Positions 51,891-62,232 of a DNA stretch of 64,000 nt are shown piece after piece. Source of the stretch: an uncultured Negativicutes bacterium (GTDB taxonomy: Bacteria; Bacillota; Negativicutes; JBAXTZ01); assembly GCA_963721525.1 (NCBI GenBank), contig CAVRJL010000015.1:32001-96000 (forward strand), written 5' to 3'. A program made the translations under genes and the position numbers. Within the stretch, counting starts at the first letter, position 1. Each line of letters starts with the position of its first letter. A model generated the notes under the pieces. The model was not told the origin of the DNA. It made no database searches and worked only from the letters and a program-made list of their open reading frames with translations.

Positions 51891-52395
51891 TCGTTTATCA
51901 CTCCGTATTTTACAAGAAATCTTTTTTCTTAAACTATTTTACTAAAAATTTTTATCCCTATCGTAACTACTAATTATTAGTAGCTGATTGTAAAAAACTT
52001 TTAATATTTTATATTTTTTATTCCCTTATTTATACTTAAGCTTTTTATTTTAAATTTTTTAAAAATGAAGCGTATATTTGGTCATAATAAAGTATAATTT
52101 TATATACCTATCTATTTTTCTGGTTTTTATAAAAAAATTCTATTATACCGTCCTATCCAAGTCTGAAACTTATTCTTGGATAATTACATATGAAAACGTT
52201 ATGTACATTGATTTATTACGATAGCACTATTATGTTTTCAAAAACAATGCTCTATAAAATACTAAAAATACACGTATAAAGGCGTAATCATGTTCAATAT
52301 AATCTATACTTGACTTATTACTAATATAAATTAATTTTTATATGATCTTATTATCAACACTTCGATATAATACAATAGTAAAATTCATTTTTATA

Positions 52396-54197
52396 TTAAG
52401 TCCGTTTAAATATTTTATATAACTCATTTAAAGAATATTTTAAAACTATCGGTCTCCCATGAGGGCAAACAAAAAATTTACTTTTTGTTAACATATCATC
52501 TGTTATTTTATACATTTCTAAATTTGTTAATCTATCCCCAGCTCTTACCGAAGCATGACATGCAGCTGTTCGTAAAAATTCTCTTCTTAATTGTCCACTA
52601 TTAATTTTAACATTTGTTTGTATTAAACAAAGTAATTTTAAAAACACTTCTAAAGCAATTTTATTATTCAAATCACTCGGTATTTCCATAATGCGTAAGC
52701 TATCAGGAGAATATAACTCTATGGAATAACCTAATTCAAAAAAATGCAATGTGTTTTCAACAGCTATTTGGCACTCTAAAACAGACAAATTAATAATTTC
52801 TTCAATTAATAATTTTTGAGCTGGTATTCTTTGCTCATCTATATTTAATTTATCGAAAATCACTCTTTCTTGCGCCGCATGCTGGTCGATGATAAATAAC
52901 TCATTATTAATTTGTGCTAATATAAAGCTTTTTGCATATTGTCCTAGTATTTCTATTTCATAGTTATTTCCATTATTTTTTTCTTGTATAAGATTAATAT
53001 TTATATATTCTTTTTTTGAAATTTCTACCCACTGATTTTCTTTTTCAACCTCTAGAACTTCAGTTGTTTGCATTTGCTTAGATATTTCAGAAAGTGAAAT
53101 ATCCGTCTGATTTATATTTTTATACTGAATTGCTTCTTCTCTTACATTACTTGCTGAATTAGGATACTGAATATAGAAAAGATTATTAAATTTATTAGCG
53201 CCTGTATTTAAAGCCGCAGATATTGCTTTAAATATGGCCAAGAAAATTCGTCTTTCATCAGAAAACCTTACCTCGCTTTTTTGCGGGTGAACATTTATAT
53301 CTATCATTTGTGGATCTATATATATATTTATTACTGAAAAAACAAATCCAGTTTTAGGAAGCATAGCTTGATAAGAATTATCAAGTGCTTTATAAAGTAT
53401 ACGGTTATTTACTGATCTGCTATTTACAAAAAAATTTTGCCATTTCCTATTACTACGTACTTGCATAGGATTTCCTACATAACCGTAAATGTTTATTCTG
53501 TCTTCTGTATATTCTACGGGTAATATATTATTGACAGTCTTTTTATCATATAAAGCTGTTATAGCTACTTTTAAATCATTGTTCCCAGGTGTTACTATAA
53601 CTAATTTTTTATTGTGAATATATTTAAAAGAAATATTAGGATAAGAAAGGGCAAGCTTTGTAATAATATCACTAATATAAGAATTTTCCGTAGTGCTTAA
53701 TTTTAAGAATTTTTTTCGCGCCGGTATATTATAAAATAAATCTTTAACAATTATAGTCGTTCCCATCGCACTACCAGTTTCAGATACGTTTTCTATAGTA
53801 CCACCACAACATATACTGGACGTAGCAAACTGAACATCTTTTTGTCTTGTTACTAAAGTAAACTTGGATATTGCAGATATGCTTGATAATGCTTCTCCTC
53901 GAAACCCCATTGAAGATATTTTTGTTAAATCTTTAATATTTGTTATTTTACTTGTAGCATGTTTTTGTAAACATAATTTGGCGTCTGCATTATTCATACC
54001 TATACCATTATCAATAACGCTTATTAATGAAATTCCTCCATTTTCTGCTTCTATTTCGATAATCGTACTTTGAGCATCAATTGAATTTTCGACTAATTCT
54101 TTTACTATAGATGCCGGCCTATCAATAACTTCTCCTGCGGCAATTTTATCAATAGTTTGTTTATCAAGTAACTTTATTGTATTTTTTTTTCTGACAT
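52396..54197 (-). CDS. mutL: MutL moiety; would-be independent ATG at 54197 is out of frame by one base
   Basis: KELVENSIDA, DNGIGM, HATSKI, GFRGEAL, DINVHP, DQHAAQER, ACH, CPHGRP. Confidence 0.9.
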
Positions 54198-56778
54198 TTT
54201 CCTGCTCTTTTTTAGCCTGTTTGTGTAAATTAAATAAAATATTAAGAGCTTCCACAGGCGTAATAGATATTATGTCAAGTTCTGTTAATTGTTTTATTGT
54301 TTCGGACTCAACGAATAACTGATTCCCGTTAACATTAGAATTTATTGATTTTGTACTTTTATAAATACGTAACCCATTTTTTTCTTCAAGTTCTATCAAA
54401 TTTTTCTGAGCACTATTAATAATTTTTCGCGGTAATCCTGCTATAGACGCCACATGTACGCCATAGCTTTTATCTGTTTTTCCTTGTATTATTCGCCTTA
54501 AAAAGACTATATTTTCTCCTTGTTCTTTTACAGCTACAAAATAATTTTTTATCCCATACACAACATCTGCTAATGATGTCAATTCGTGATAATGAGTAGC
54601 AAATAACGTTTTAGCACATATTTTTTCTTTAATATATTCTAATACCGCTTTTGCTATGCTCATTCCATCATAAGTGCTTGTTCCTCTACCTATTTCGTCT
54701 AATATAATCAAACTTTTCGATGTAGAATTTTTTACAATATAGGAAACTTCGTTCATTTCCATCATAAAAGTGCTTTGTCCAGTAGATAAATCATCTCTTG
54801 CTCCAATGCGGGTAAAGATTTTATCTACCATACCTATGGATGATTCATATGCAGGTATAAAACTGCCACAATGAGCCATGAGAGTGAGAATAGCTATCTG
54901 TCTCATATAAGTTGACTTTCCTGCCATATTTGGTCCAGTAATAATAATAACTTCATTTTCATTATTATCCAAATAGCAATCATTAGGCACAAATCTTCCA
55001 TTTAAGCATACACTTTCTATAACAGGGTGTCTTCCATCTTTTATAATTATTTCTTTATCTATCGTTATTTTCGGACGAGTATAATTATATTTGAGCGCCG
55101 CTTCACTCAATGAATATAAACAATCAATTATAGCTATTTGACGGGCTGTTTCCTGTATTAAAACTAAATTTTCTTTTATGAGAGCTCGTATTTGTTCAAA
55201 GATATATAATTCAATTTCACATATTCTTTCAAATGAACTAAGTATTTTTGTCTCAAATTCTTTAAGTTGTTGAGTTATATATCTTTCCGCATTAACAAGA
55301 GTTTGCCTGCGCGTATAATGAGTAGGAACAAAAACCGAATTTGCATGAGTTACTTCTATGTAATAACCAAATATTTTATTGTAACCTATCTTAAGTGATT
55401 TTATACCTGTTATTTCTCGTTCGCTTTTTTCCATTTCTTGTAGCATTTTTTTACTATCTTGAGAAATCATTCTAAATTCATCTAATTGACTATTATAACT
55501 ACCACGAATAAAGCCACCATCTTTTATTGAAATAGGCGGTTGATCGACAATAGCTTTATTTATCAATTTGTAAAGATCCGTATGCGAATTTGCTTTTTCA
55601 GAAAAATTCGCCAATAATTTTGCTCTACTACCTTTAAAAATGTTTTTAAGTTTTGGTATTATTTTTAACGATCGTGAAAGAGCAACTAAATCACGTGCGT
55701 TAGCACTATTTATTTCGATTTTTGTTAATATTCTTTCCAAATCATAAATTTGTGTTAAACACTCATTAATAGCTCGTATTGTATAAGGATCATTTTTTAA
55801 AATTGCTATAACGTCTTGTCTTTCTTTAATCTTTATCGGATTTTGCAAGGGTTGTTCTAACCACTTTTTTAGCAATCTTCCACCCATTGCGGTACAAGTA
55901 AAATCTAAAACGGAAAATAAAGAATTTTTTTTAGTTCCGTCTTTCATATTTTTTATAATTTCTAAATTTCTAAGACTACTGGCGTCAATAGCCAATATAT
56001 TCTCGAAAAAATCTTCCTGCAAAAAATTAATATGTCTTAAATCGCTTTTTTGAGTATATTCCAAATACTTAAGTAACATCCCGCAGGCCAAAGCTGCATT
56101 TTTATCTGTAGGAATTTTATCTTTAAAATGTTTAGCCACAAGCTGAAGAGCTTCGTTATAATCTTCACAATTATATACGCTTGCCAGCGTGTCTGTCATT
56201 TTAGTTTTCATAAATTCTTTTAATTGACTCAATTTATGCATTTCCCCGTTATAAAGTAGCTCTGAAGGTTGAATTTTCAATAAATAGTCTTCTACTTCAT
56301 TTTGTTCTATATGTAATTGTATCCAAGAAAATTCTCCTGTAGAAATATCGCAAGAGCAAATATAAATTTTATTGTTTTTTTCATAAAGTAAACAAATATA
56401 ATTATTACTTTTTTCATTTAATACGCTATCTAATAAAATAGTTCCTGGTGTAACTATTTTTACCACTTGTCTAGATACTATTCCTTTTTCTTGTTTAGGA
56501 TCACTAACCTGTTCGCAAATTGCTACCTTATACCCTTTATTTATCAATTTTTTAATATAATTATCAGCCGCATGATAAGGAACACCACACATAGGCACTC
56601 GCTCATTAGAGCCTGCATCTTTACCTGTCAAAGTTATTTCAAGTTCTTTTGACGCAATATGGGCATCTTGAAAAAACATTTCGTAAAAATCTCCAAGGCG
56701 AAAAAAAACTATTTCTCCAGGATATTTTTCTTTTATTTCTAGAAATTGCCTTATCATAGGAGTAAAAGATGTGCTCAT
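52396..56778 (-). CDS. mutS: MutS-MutL in-frame fusion (MutS about aa 1-860, MutL remainder)
   Basis: MutS: TPMIRQF, GDFYE, GPNMAGKS, STFM, DEIGRGT, SYG. No stop before MutL IAAGEVIDRP. Confidence 0.9.
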   Translation of the reverse strand: MSTSFTPMIRQFLEIKEKYPGEIVFFRLGDFYEMFFQDAHIASKELEITLTGKDAGSNERVPMCGVPYHAADNYIKKLINKGYKVAICEQVSDPKQEKGIVSRQVVKIVTPGTILLDSVLNEKSNNYICLLYEKNNKIYICSCDISTGEFSWIQLHIEQNEVEDYLLKIQPSELLYNGEMHKLSQLKEFMKTKMTDTLASVYNCEDYNEALQLVAKHFKDKIPTDKNAALACGMLLKYLEYTQKSDLRHINFLQEDFFENILAIDASSLRNLEIIKNMKDGTKKNSLFSVLDFTCTAMGGRLLKKWLEQPLQNPIKIKERQDVIAILKNDPYTIRAINECLTQIYDLERILTKIEINSANARDLVALSRSLKIIPKLKNIFKGSRAKLLANFSEKANSHTDLYKLINKAIVDQPPISIKDGGFIRGSYNSQLDEFRMISQDSKKMLQEMEKSEREITGIKSLKIGYNKIFGYYIEVTHANSVFVPTHYTRRQTLVNAERYITQQLKEFETKILSSFERICEIELYIFEQIRALIKENLVLIQETARQIAIIDCLYSLSEAALKYNYTRPKITIDKEIIIKDGRHPVIESVCLNGRFVPNDCYLDNNENEVIIITGPNMAGKSTYMRQIAILTLMAHCGSFIPAYESSIGMVDKIFTRIGARDDLSTGQSTFMMEMNEVSYIVKNSTSKSLIILDEIGRGTSTYDGMSIAKAVLEYIKEKICAKTLFATHYHELTSLADVVYGIKNYFVAVKEQGENIVFLRRIIQGKTDKSYGVHVASIAGLPRKIINSAQKNLIELEEKNGLRIYKSTKSINSNVNGNQLFVESETIKQLTELDIISITPVEALNILFNLHKQAKKEQENVRKKNTIKLLDKQTIDKIAAGEVIDRPASIVKELVENSIDAQSTIIEIEAENGGISLISVIDNGIGMNNADAKLCLQKHATSKITNIKDLTKISSMGFRGEALSSISAISKFTLVTRQKDVQFATSSICCGGTIENVSETGSAMGTTIIVKDLFYNIPARKKFLKLSTTENSYISDIITKLALSYPNISFKYIHNKKLVIVTPGNNDLKVAITALYDKKTVNNILPVEYTEDRINIYGYVGNPMQVRSNRKWQNFFVNSRSVNNRILYKALDNSYQAMLPKTGFVFSVINIYIDPQMIDINVHPQKSEVRFSDERRIFLAIFKAISAALNTGANKFNNLFYIQYPNSASNVREEAIQYKNINQTDISLSEISKQMQTTEVLEVEKENQWVEISKKEYININLIQEKNNGNNYEIEILGQYAKSFILAQINNELFIIDQHAAQERVIFDKLNIDEQRIPAQKLLIEEIINLSVLECQIAVENTLHFFELGYSIELYSPDSLRIMEIPSDLNNKIALEVFLKLLCLIQTNVKINSGQLRREFLRTAACHASVRAGDRLTNLEMYKITDDMLTKSKFFVCPHGRPIVLKYSLNELYKIFKRT

Positions 56779-56846
56779 AATTATCCTTAAATATTATATG
56801 ATGATATCATAATCAAAATTATAAAGAGATTTACTTTTCTACAGCC

Positions 56847-58168
56847 TTAGTATAATATGCTGTTTAATTTACCCCGAAGCAGCCATGTTTGAGCCGAATT
56901 TATAGTAATTTGAGCTATATCTCCTTTTTTTTCGCGTCCGCTGTATTCCCAAAGGACTATTTTATTACCTTTCGTTCTGCCTATCCAAATATTTTTATTT
57001 TTTTTACTTTCTCCTTCAATTAAGACTTCAACAATTTTTCCTGTATAAGTTTTATTGATAGAAAAACTTATACTATTTTGTATACTTATAAGTTTTTTTA
57101 ACCTTCTTTTTTTCTCAAATAAAGGAACTTGCTTTTTCATATTACTTGCAAGTGTTCCACACCTAGGTGAATACATAAATCCATATACTATATCATATTT
57201 TACTGTCCGCAAAATATCTAAAGTATCGTTAAACATTTCGGCAGTTTCACCGGGAAAACCTACTATAATATCTGTACTAATACTATAATCAGGTATTTGA
57301 GCTTTAATTCTTTTTATTAACTCAAGGTAATCTTTACACGTATAACCTCTGTTCATTGACCTAAGTATTTCGTCATTTCCAGCTTGCAATGGTAAATGAA
57401 AATTAGGCATTATCTTATTACTTGTTTTAACCGCTTCTATAATCTCATTATTCATATCTCGCGGGTGAGAAGTTATATACCTGATTCTTTTTAACCCCTC
57501 TATTTTATCAATTTCTTTAAGAAGCTGAACAAATGTGAAGTCTTGATCTAGAGCTTTGCCGTAAGAATTCACATTTTGACCTAAAAGCATAACTTCTCTG
57601 TATCCTGATAGTACTACTTCTTTTACTTCTTCAATTATATCTTGCGCTTTTCTACTTGTTTCGCGACCTCGTACATAAGGTATATACAATATGAACAATA
57701 ATTATCGCATCCATGCATTATAGGTATATAGGCTGTAGTTCCTAATCCCCTAAATATACGCCTATTTGTACTAAACCGCTTAATAGTGTTATTTGTCGCG
57801 TTTACTTTTATCTTGCTATTTCTGAATTTTTTAATATTTTCGGCTAAATACTCAATATTTTGCGTTCCTAAAACAATATCTATATGTGAATATTTTTTAT
57901 AAATTTCATCCGCATTTTTTTGTGCCATACAACCGGCAACTATTATAATTAAATTAGGATTTTTGTTTTTATAATTTTTTAATTCACCTATTTTCCCGAA
58001 TATTTTTTTTTCAGTGCTTTCTCTTATACAACAGGTATTTACCACGAAACAATCAGCTTTATCTATATCCTTCACTTGTCTATATCCTAAATCGTATAAT
58101 TGTCCAGCTATTATTTCAGAATCATTTATATTCATTTGACAACCGTATGTTTGAATATAATATTTCAT
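56847..58168 (-). CDS. miaB: tRNA methylthiotransferase MiaB, -1 frameshift near 57682-57686
   Basis: TYGCQMN, NTCCIRE, GCDNYCSYC then shifted PYVRGRETSR, GQNVNSY, TDIIVGFPGE, TRAM. Confidence 0.92.
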
Positions 58169-59832
58169 TAAATCTCCATAATAATAGGTAATATTACCGG
58201 TTTACGTCTAACTTTTTCATACAAAAATCGACTTAAATTTTCTCTTAAAGAGTTTTTTAAAGTAGCCCAATCAATTACTTTTTTAGATAATTGCTTTTCT
58301 AGGATACATATACAACGTTTTTTAGACTCTCTCATTAATGTATCCGATTCGCGCACATAAACAAACCCACGCGAAATAATATCAGGACCTGATATTATTT
58401 CATAAGATGAAGAATCTATTGTAGCTACTACCATTAAAATACCATCTTGAGATAATTGTTTACGATCGCGCAATACTATATTCCCTACATCACCCACTCC
58501 AAGTCCATCAATTAACATTTTACCTGCCTGAACTTTTCCTTTTGTATTTATTCTATTTTTTTTTAAATCTATAACTGTTCCGTTTTGAGCTATTACGATA
58601 TTTTCTTTAGGTATACCTACCTCATGAGCTAGTTTAGCATGTTTTTTTAAATGTCGTACTTCTCCATGAATAGGAATGAAAAATTTAGGACGAACAAGAT
58701 TTAACATTAACTTGAGTTCTTCTTGGCTTGCATGTCCTGAAACGTGTATCCCTAAATCACTTTCATATATAACCTCTGCACCTTGACTTATTAAAGAATC
58801 AATAGTCTTAGCTACTGATTTTTCGTTTCCGGGTATAGGCGTAGCTGAGACCAAAACAGTATCTGTAGGAAGAATTTCTACTTGCTTATGTCCATTGCTT
58901 GCCATGCGTGAAAGTGCAGACATCGGTTCTCCTTGGCTCCCTGTAGTAATTATAGCAAGTTTAGAACCTACATAATTTTTTATCTCATCCAAATCAATTA
59001 ATATAGTTGGGACAAAGGTTAAATACCCTAATTCAGAAGCAATATTAACCAAATTTACCATACTTCTTCCGCATATTGCTACTTTTCTACCATATTTTAC
59101 TGCACTATCAATTGCTTGCTGTATTCTATGGGTATTGGAAGAAAATGTAGCTATTATGATTCTATCTGTTGCAGAAGCAAACACACGCTCAAAAGTTATT
59201 CCTGTCTACTGCTTTTTTCACTTGGTGTAAATCCTGGCTTTTCAGCTCCCGTACTATCTGAAAGCAAAGCTAAAACGCCTTTCTCCCCAAGAGAGGCCAG
59301 TCGATAAAAATCCGTTACCCGTCCGTCTACAGGCGTTTGGTCTATTTTAAAATCTCCCGTATAAACTATTGCTCCATAAGGAGTATGTATCACAATTGAC
59401 ATGGCATCCGGAATACTATGATTCATATGAATAAATTCTAACCTAAAATTCCCTACATTTATTTTTTGTCTTGCTTCAATATTAACTAAAATATTATTTT
59501 TTATACCAGCTTCTTTTAGTTTATTATTTATTATACCACAAGCCAGTTTGCTGCCAAATATAGGTACATCAGGTATTTCTTTTAATACATATGGTATAGC
59601 ACCAATATGATCTTCATGTGGATGAGTAATCGCAATCCCTTTAACTTTATCTTTGTTTTCAATTAGATATGACATATCAGGGATCACAAAATCTATTCCT
59701 AACATATCATCTTCCGGAAATCTTAACCCAGCATCAACAATAAGCATTTCATACTCTGAAATGAACTATTGTCATATTTTTACCTATTTCTCCTAATCCC
59801 CCTAACGGGATTATTTGTAATTTATCTGTCAA
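58168..59832 (-). CDS. rnj: Ribonuclease J with two frameshifts (about 59750 and 59200-59215)
   Basis: GGAGG RBS, TTG start, IIPLGGLGEIGKNM; THPHEDHIG, HSIPD, GDFK, SDST; GSQGEP, HVSGHA, PIHGE. Confidence 0.92.
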
Positions 59833-59959
59833 AGTACCTCCTTTTATTTGAGTAAAACAAAACTAAGTATCAATTTAATTGATACCTTCCTAAAAAATTT
59901 AACGCTTTAACCAGCCTAACAAAACAACACCTAGACCCCGCACAAAACACTTCCTGTTT

Positions 59960-59988
59960 ATTATAGATTATTTTTAAAAATTATTCAA
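59960..59988 (-). promoter_or_regulatory. Probable sigma-A promoter for rnj-miaB-mutSL
   Basis: TTGAAT-17 nt-TATAAT. Confidence 0.6.
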
Positions 59989-60187
59989 TACTTTTCATTT
60001 GTTTATAAATTTAAGAAGTTTATAACATTTAATGCATAAATTTAGTAAAAACCTTTCTCTCAATTTTTAACTATGTTTTTAAAAAATAAAGTTAATTGAA
60101 AATTACTTGCCCCTAAAATAAAGATATCCTTACTGTAAAATGTAGACGGAAACATTTTTATATAATCGAATATCTTGTATTAACTTC

Positions 60188-61684
60188 TTAATTATTAGAT
60201 TGTTGTATCATAAAATTAATTAAAATACGCGTACCAAATCCTGTTGCTCCAGCATCTATCCAAGATTTCGGCGTTTCTATATTATTAGTACCAGCAATAT
60301 CAATATGCGCCCAGCTAGTATTTCCAACAAAATTTTCTAGAAACTTGGCAGCAGTAATTGTACCTGCACCTAAATCCATAGATATATTTTTTATGTCTGC
60401 TACATGACTTTTTAATGTTTCATTGTAATCTTCATACATAGGAAGTTTCCATAGCCGTTCATTGCATTCATTTCCTACGGCAAATAGTTTATTTGATAGA
60501 TCTTCGTTATTAGACATCAAACCAGCAACATTTTTCCCCAGCGCCGTAATTACCGCTCCAGTTAAAGATGCAATATCAATAATAACGTTTGCTCCTAAAT
60601 CTTTAGCGTAACATAAACCATCTGCAAGTATGATTCTACCTTCCGCATCAGTATTTACTACTTCTATTGTTTTTCCGTTCATTGCAGTTAGTATATCCCC
60701 GACTTTATAGGAATACCCGCCAGGCATATTTTCAACCAACGGCATTATTGCAACAACATTAATATTTAATTTCATTTTTGCTACAGCATTGATTGCTGCA
60801 AGGCAGATTGCTGCTCCTACCATATCCATATGCATTTGTCTCATAAAGTGAGAACCTTTTATACATAATCCACCAGAATCAAATATGACGCCTTTACCCA
60901 CTAATGCAAGTAAATCTGTTTTATTTTTAGGATCTCCTTTATAAATTGCAACAACCATACAAGGATCATGTTTACTTCCTTTTCCTACTGCAAGTATTCC
61001 GCCGGCATTCATTTTTTCTAATCCTTTATTATCAAAAACATCTATATCTAAACCATTTTTTATAGACTCTTTTTGAGCTATTTCAACAAACCTTTGAATA
61101 TCTAAATAATTTGCTGGCATATTAGTAAGATTTCGTGCAAATGATAAAGCTTTTGCCTCGATGCAATATTTTTGGATTATATTATCGATACTCTTATTAT
61201 TTTTGTCACTATCTAAAATAATAAGCAACTTTTGAACCTTATTTTCTTTTTCAGTTTTAAATTGTTGATAAAAATATTGTCCGATATAAGCTCCGCTTAT
61301 TATTGCTTGTAAAAAAAACTCTATAGAATAGTTTTTTTGGCATTCTTTATTTATTAAAATTGCAACTGTTTTTGCTCTATTTTTAACTGCATAACGCAAT
61401 GCAGTTGACGTGGCTTTTTGTAATTTATAATTAGTAAATTCGTTGAATTTGCCAAGCCCAACAAATAAAATTTTTACAGCTTTTATCTTATCAAAAGTAA
61501 ATATTTCCGTTGTTTTACCTAATTCGCCAATTTGTGTATTTTTATAAATAAAAATTTTTATATTGTTCCAAAAATCATCCGTTAGTCTATCAATTTCATT
61601 CAAATATTTATCACTAAATAAATTTACGATTAATATATCGCACTTAATATTAAAAATTTCTTCTTTTGTTAACTCTAATTTCAT
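60188..61684 (-). CDS. pepA: M17 leucyl aminopeptidase
   Basis: VGKGVIFDSGG, NTDAEGR, LTGA, WAHIDIAG. Confidence 0.95.
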   Translation of the reverse strand: MKLELTKEEIFNIKCDILIVNLFSDKYLNEIDRLTDDFWNNIKIFIYKNTQIGELGKTTEIFTFDKIKAVKILFVGLGKFNEFTNYKLQKATSTALRYAVKNRAKTVAILINKECQKNYSIEFFLQAIISGAYIGQYFYQQFKTEKENKVQKLLIILDSDKNNKSIDNIIQKYCIEAKALSFARNLTNMPANYLDIQRFVEIAQKESIKNGLDIDVFDNKGLEKMNAGGILAVGKGSKHDPCMVVAIYKGDPKNKTDLLALVGKGVIFDSGGLCIKGSHFMRQMHMDMVGAAICLAAINAVAKMKLNINVVAIMPLVENMPGGYSYKVGDILTAMNGKTIEVVNTDAEGRIILADGLCYAKDLGANVIIDIASLTGAVITALGKNVAGLMSNNEDLSNKLFAVGNECNERLWKLPMYEDYNETLKSHVADIKNISMDLGAGTITAAKFLENFVGNTSWAHIDIAGTNNIETPKSWIDAGATGFGTRILINFMIQQSNN

Positions 61685-62106
61685 AAATTATCCTTTTTAT
61701 AATTCGAAAAAATAACAGTAGCTTTTCCATCAATAGCTTTTATGTTTCCTTCTATAAATACTGACGTGTTTATAACTAGTCTTTTTTTTTCTGAAATTAT
61801 TTCTTCGATTGTTAACCTGAATAAAGCTTCTGCCCCTACTTTAACAGGTTTTAAAAATTTAACTTCTTGCCTTAAATAAATTGTACCTTTTCCTGGGAAT
61901 TTCGTTCCTAATATTCCAGAAAATTGGCTAACAACAAGCATTCCATGGCAAATTGTTTCCTTAAATAAAGTATTTTTAGCAAATTCATCATCAAAATGAA
62001 TAGGATTATAATCTTTTGTTACGGCGCCAAAACCTGAAACAAGGTTTTTACTCATAACACGCTTTTCTTCATAAGTATCGCCAATTTGATACACTTTTTC
62101 CTCCAT
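61681..62106 (-). CDS. MaoC-family (R)-specific enoyl-CoA hydratase
   Basis: DYNPIH, HGML, FPGKGTIYL.Q..KFLKPV. Confidence 0.9.
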   Translation of the reverse strand: MEEKVYQIGDTYEEKRVMSKNLVSGFGAVTKDYNPIHFDDEFAKNTLFKETICHGMLVVSQFSGILGTKFPGKGTIYLRQEVKFLKPVKVGAEALFRLTIEEIISEKKRLVINTSVFIEGNIKAIDGKATVIFSNYKKDNL

Positions 62107-62232
62107 ATATAATAAAAATTTATTAGTAAACATACTTTTCATAAAAATAATCATTGAAATATATTTTAATTTGTCGAGAACAAATTTAAAAAAAATTTAA
62201 ACGTAAACTTTATTAATTAATCGCACTTTGAT

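Noticed and set aside
51891-52395. 500-bp gap between mutL and miaA, possibly a decayed SAM methyltransferase
   Set aside because: Only positional expectation and a very weak YYDQIY fragment; not supportable
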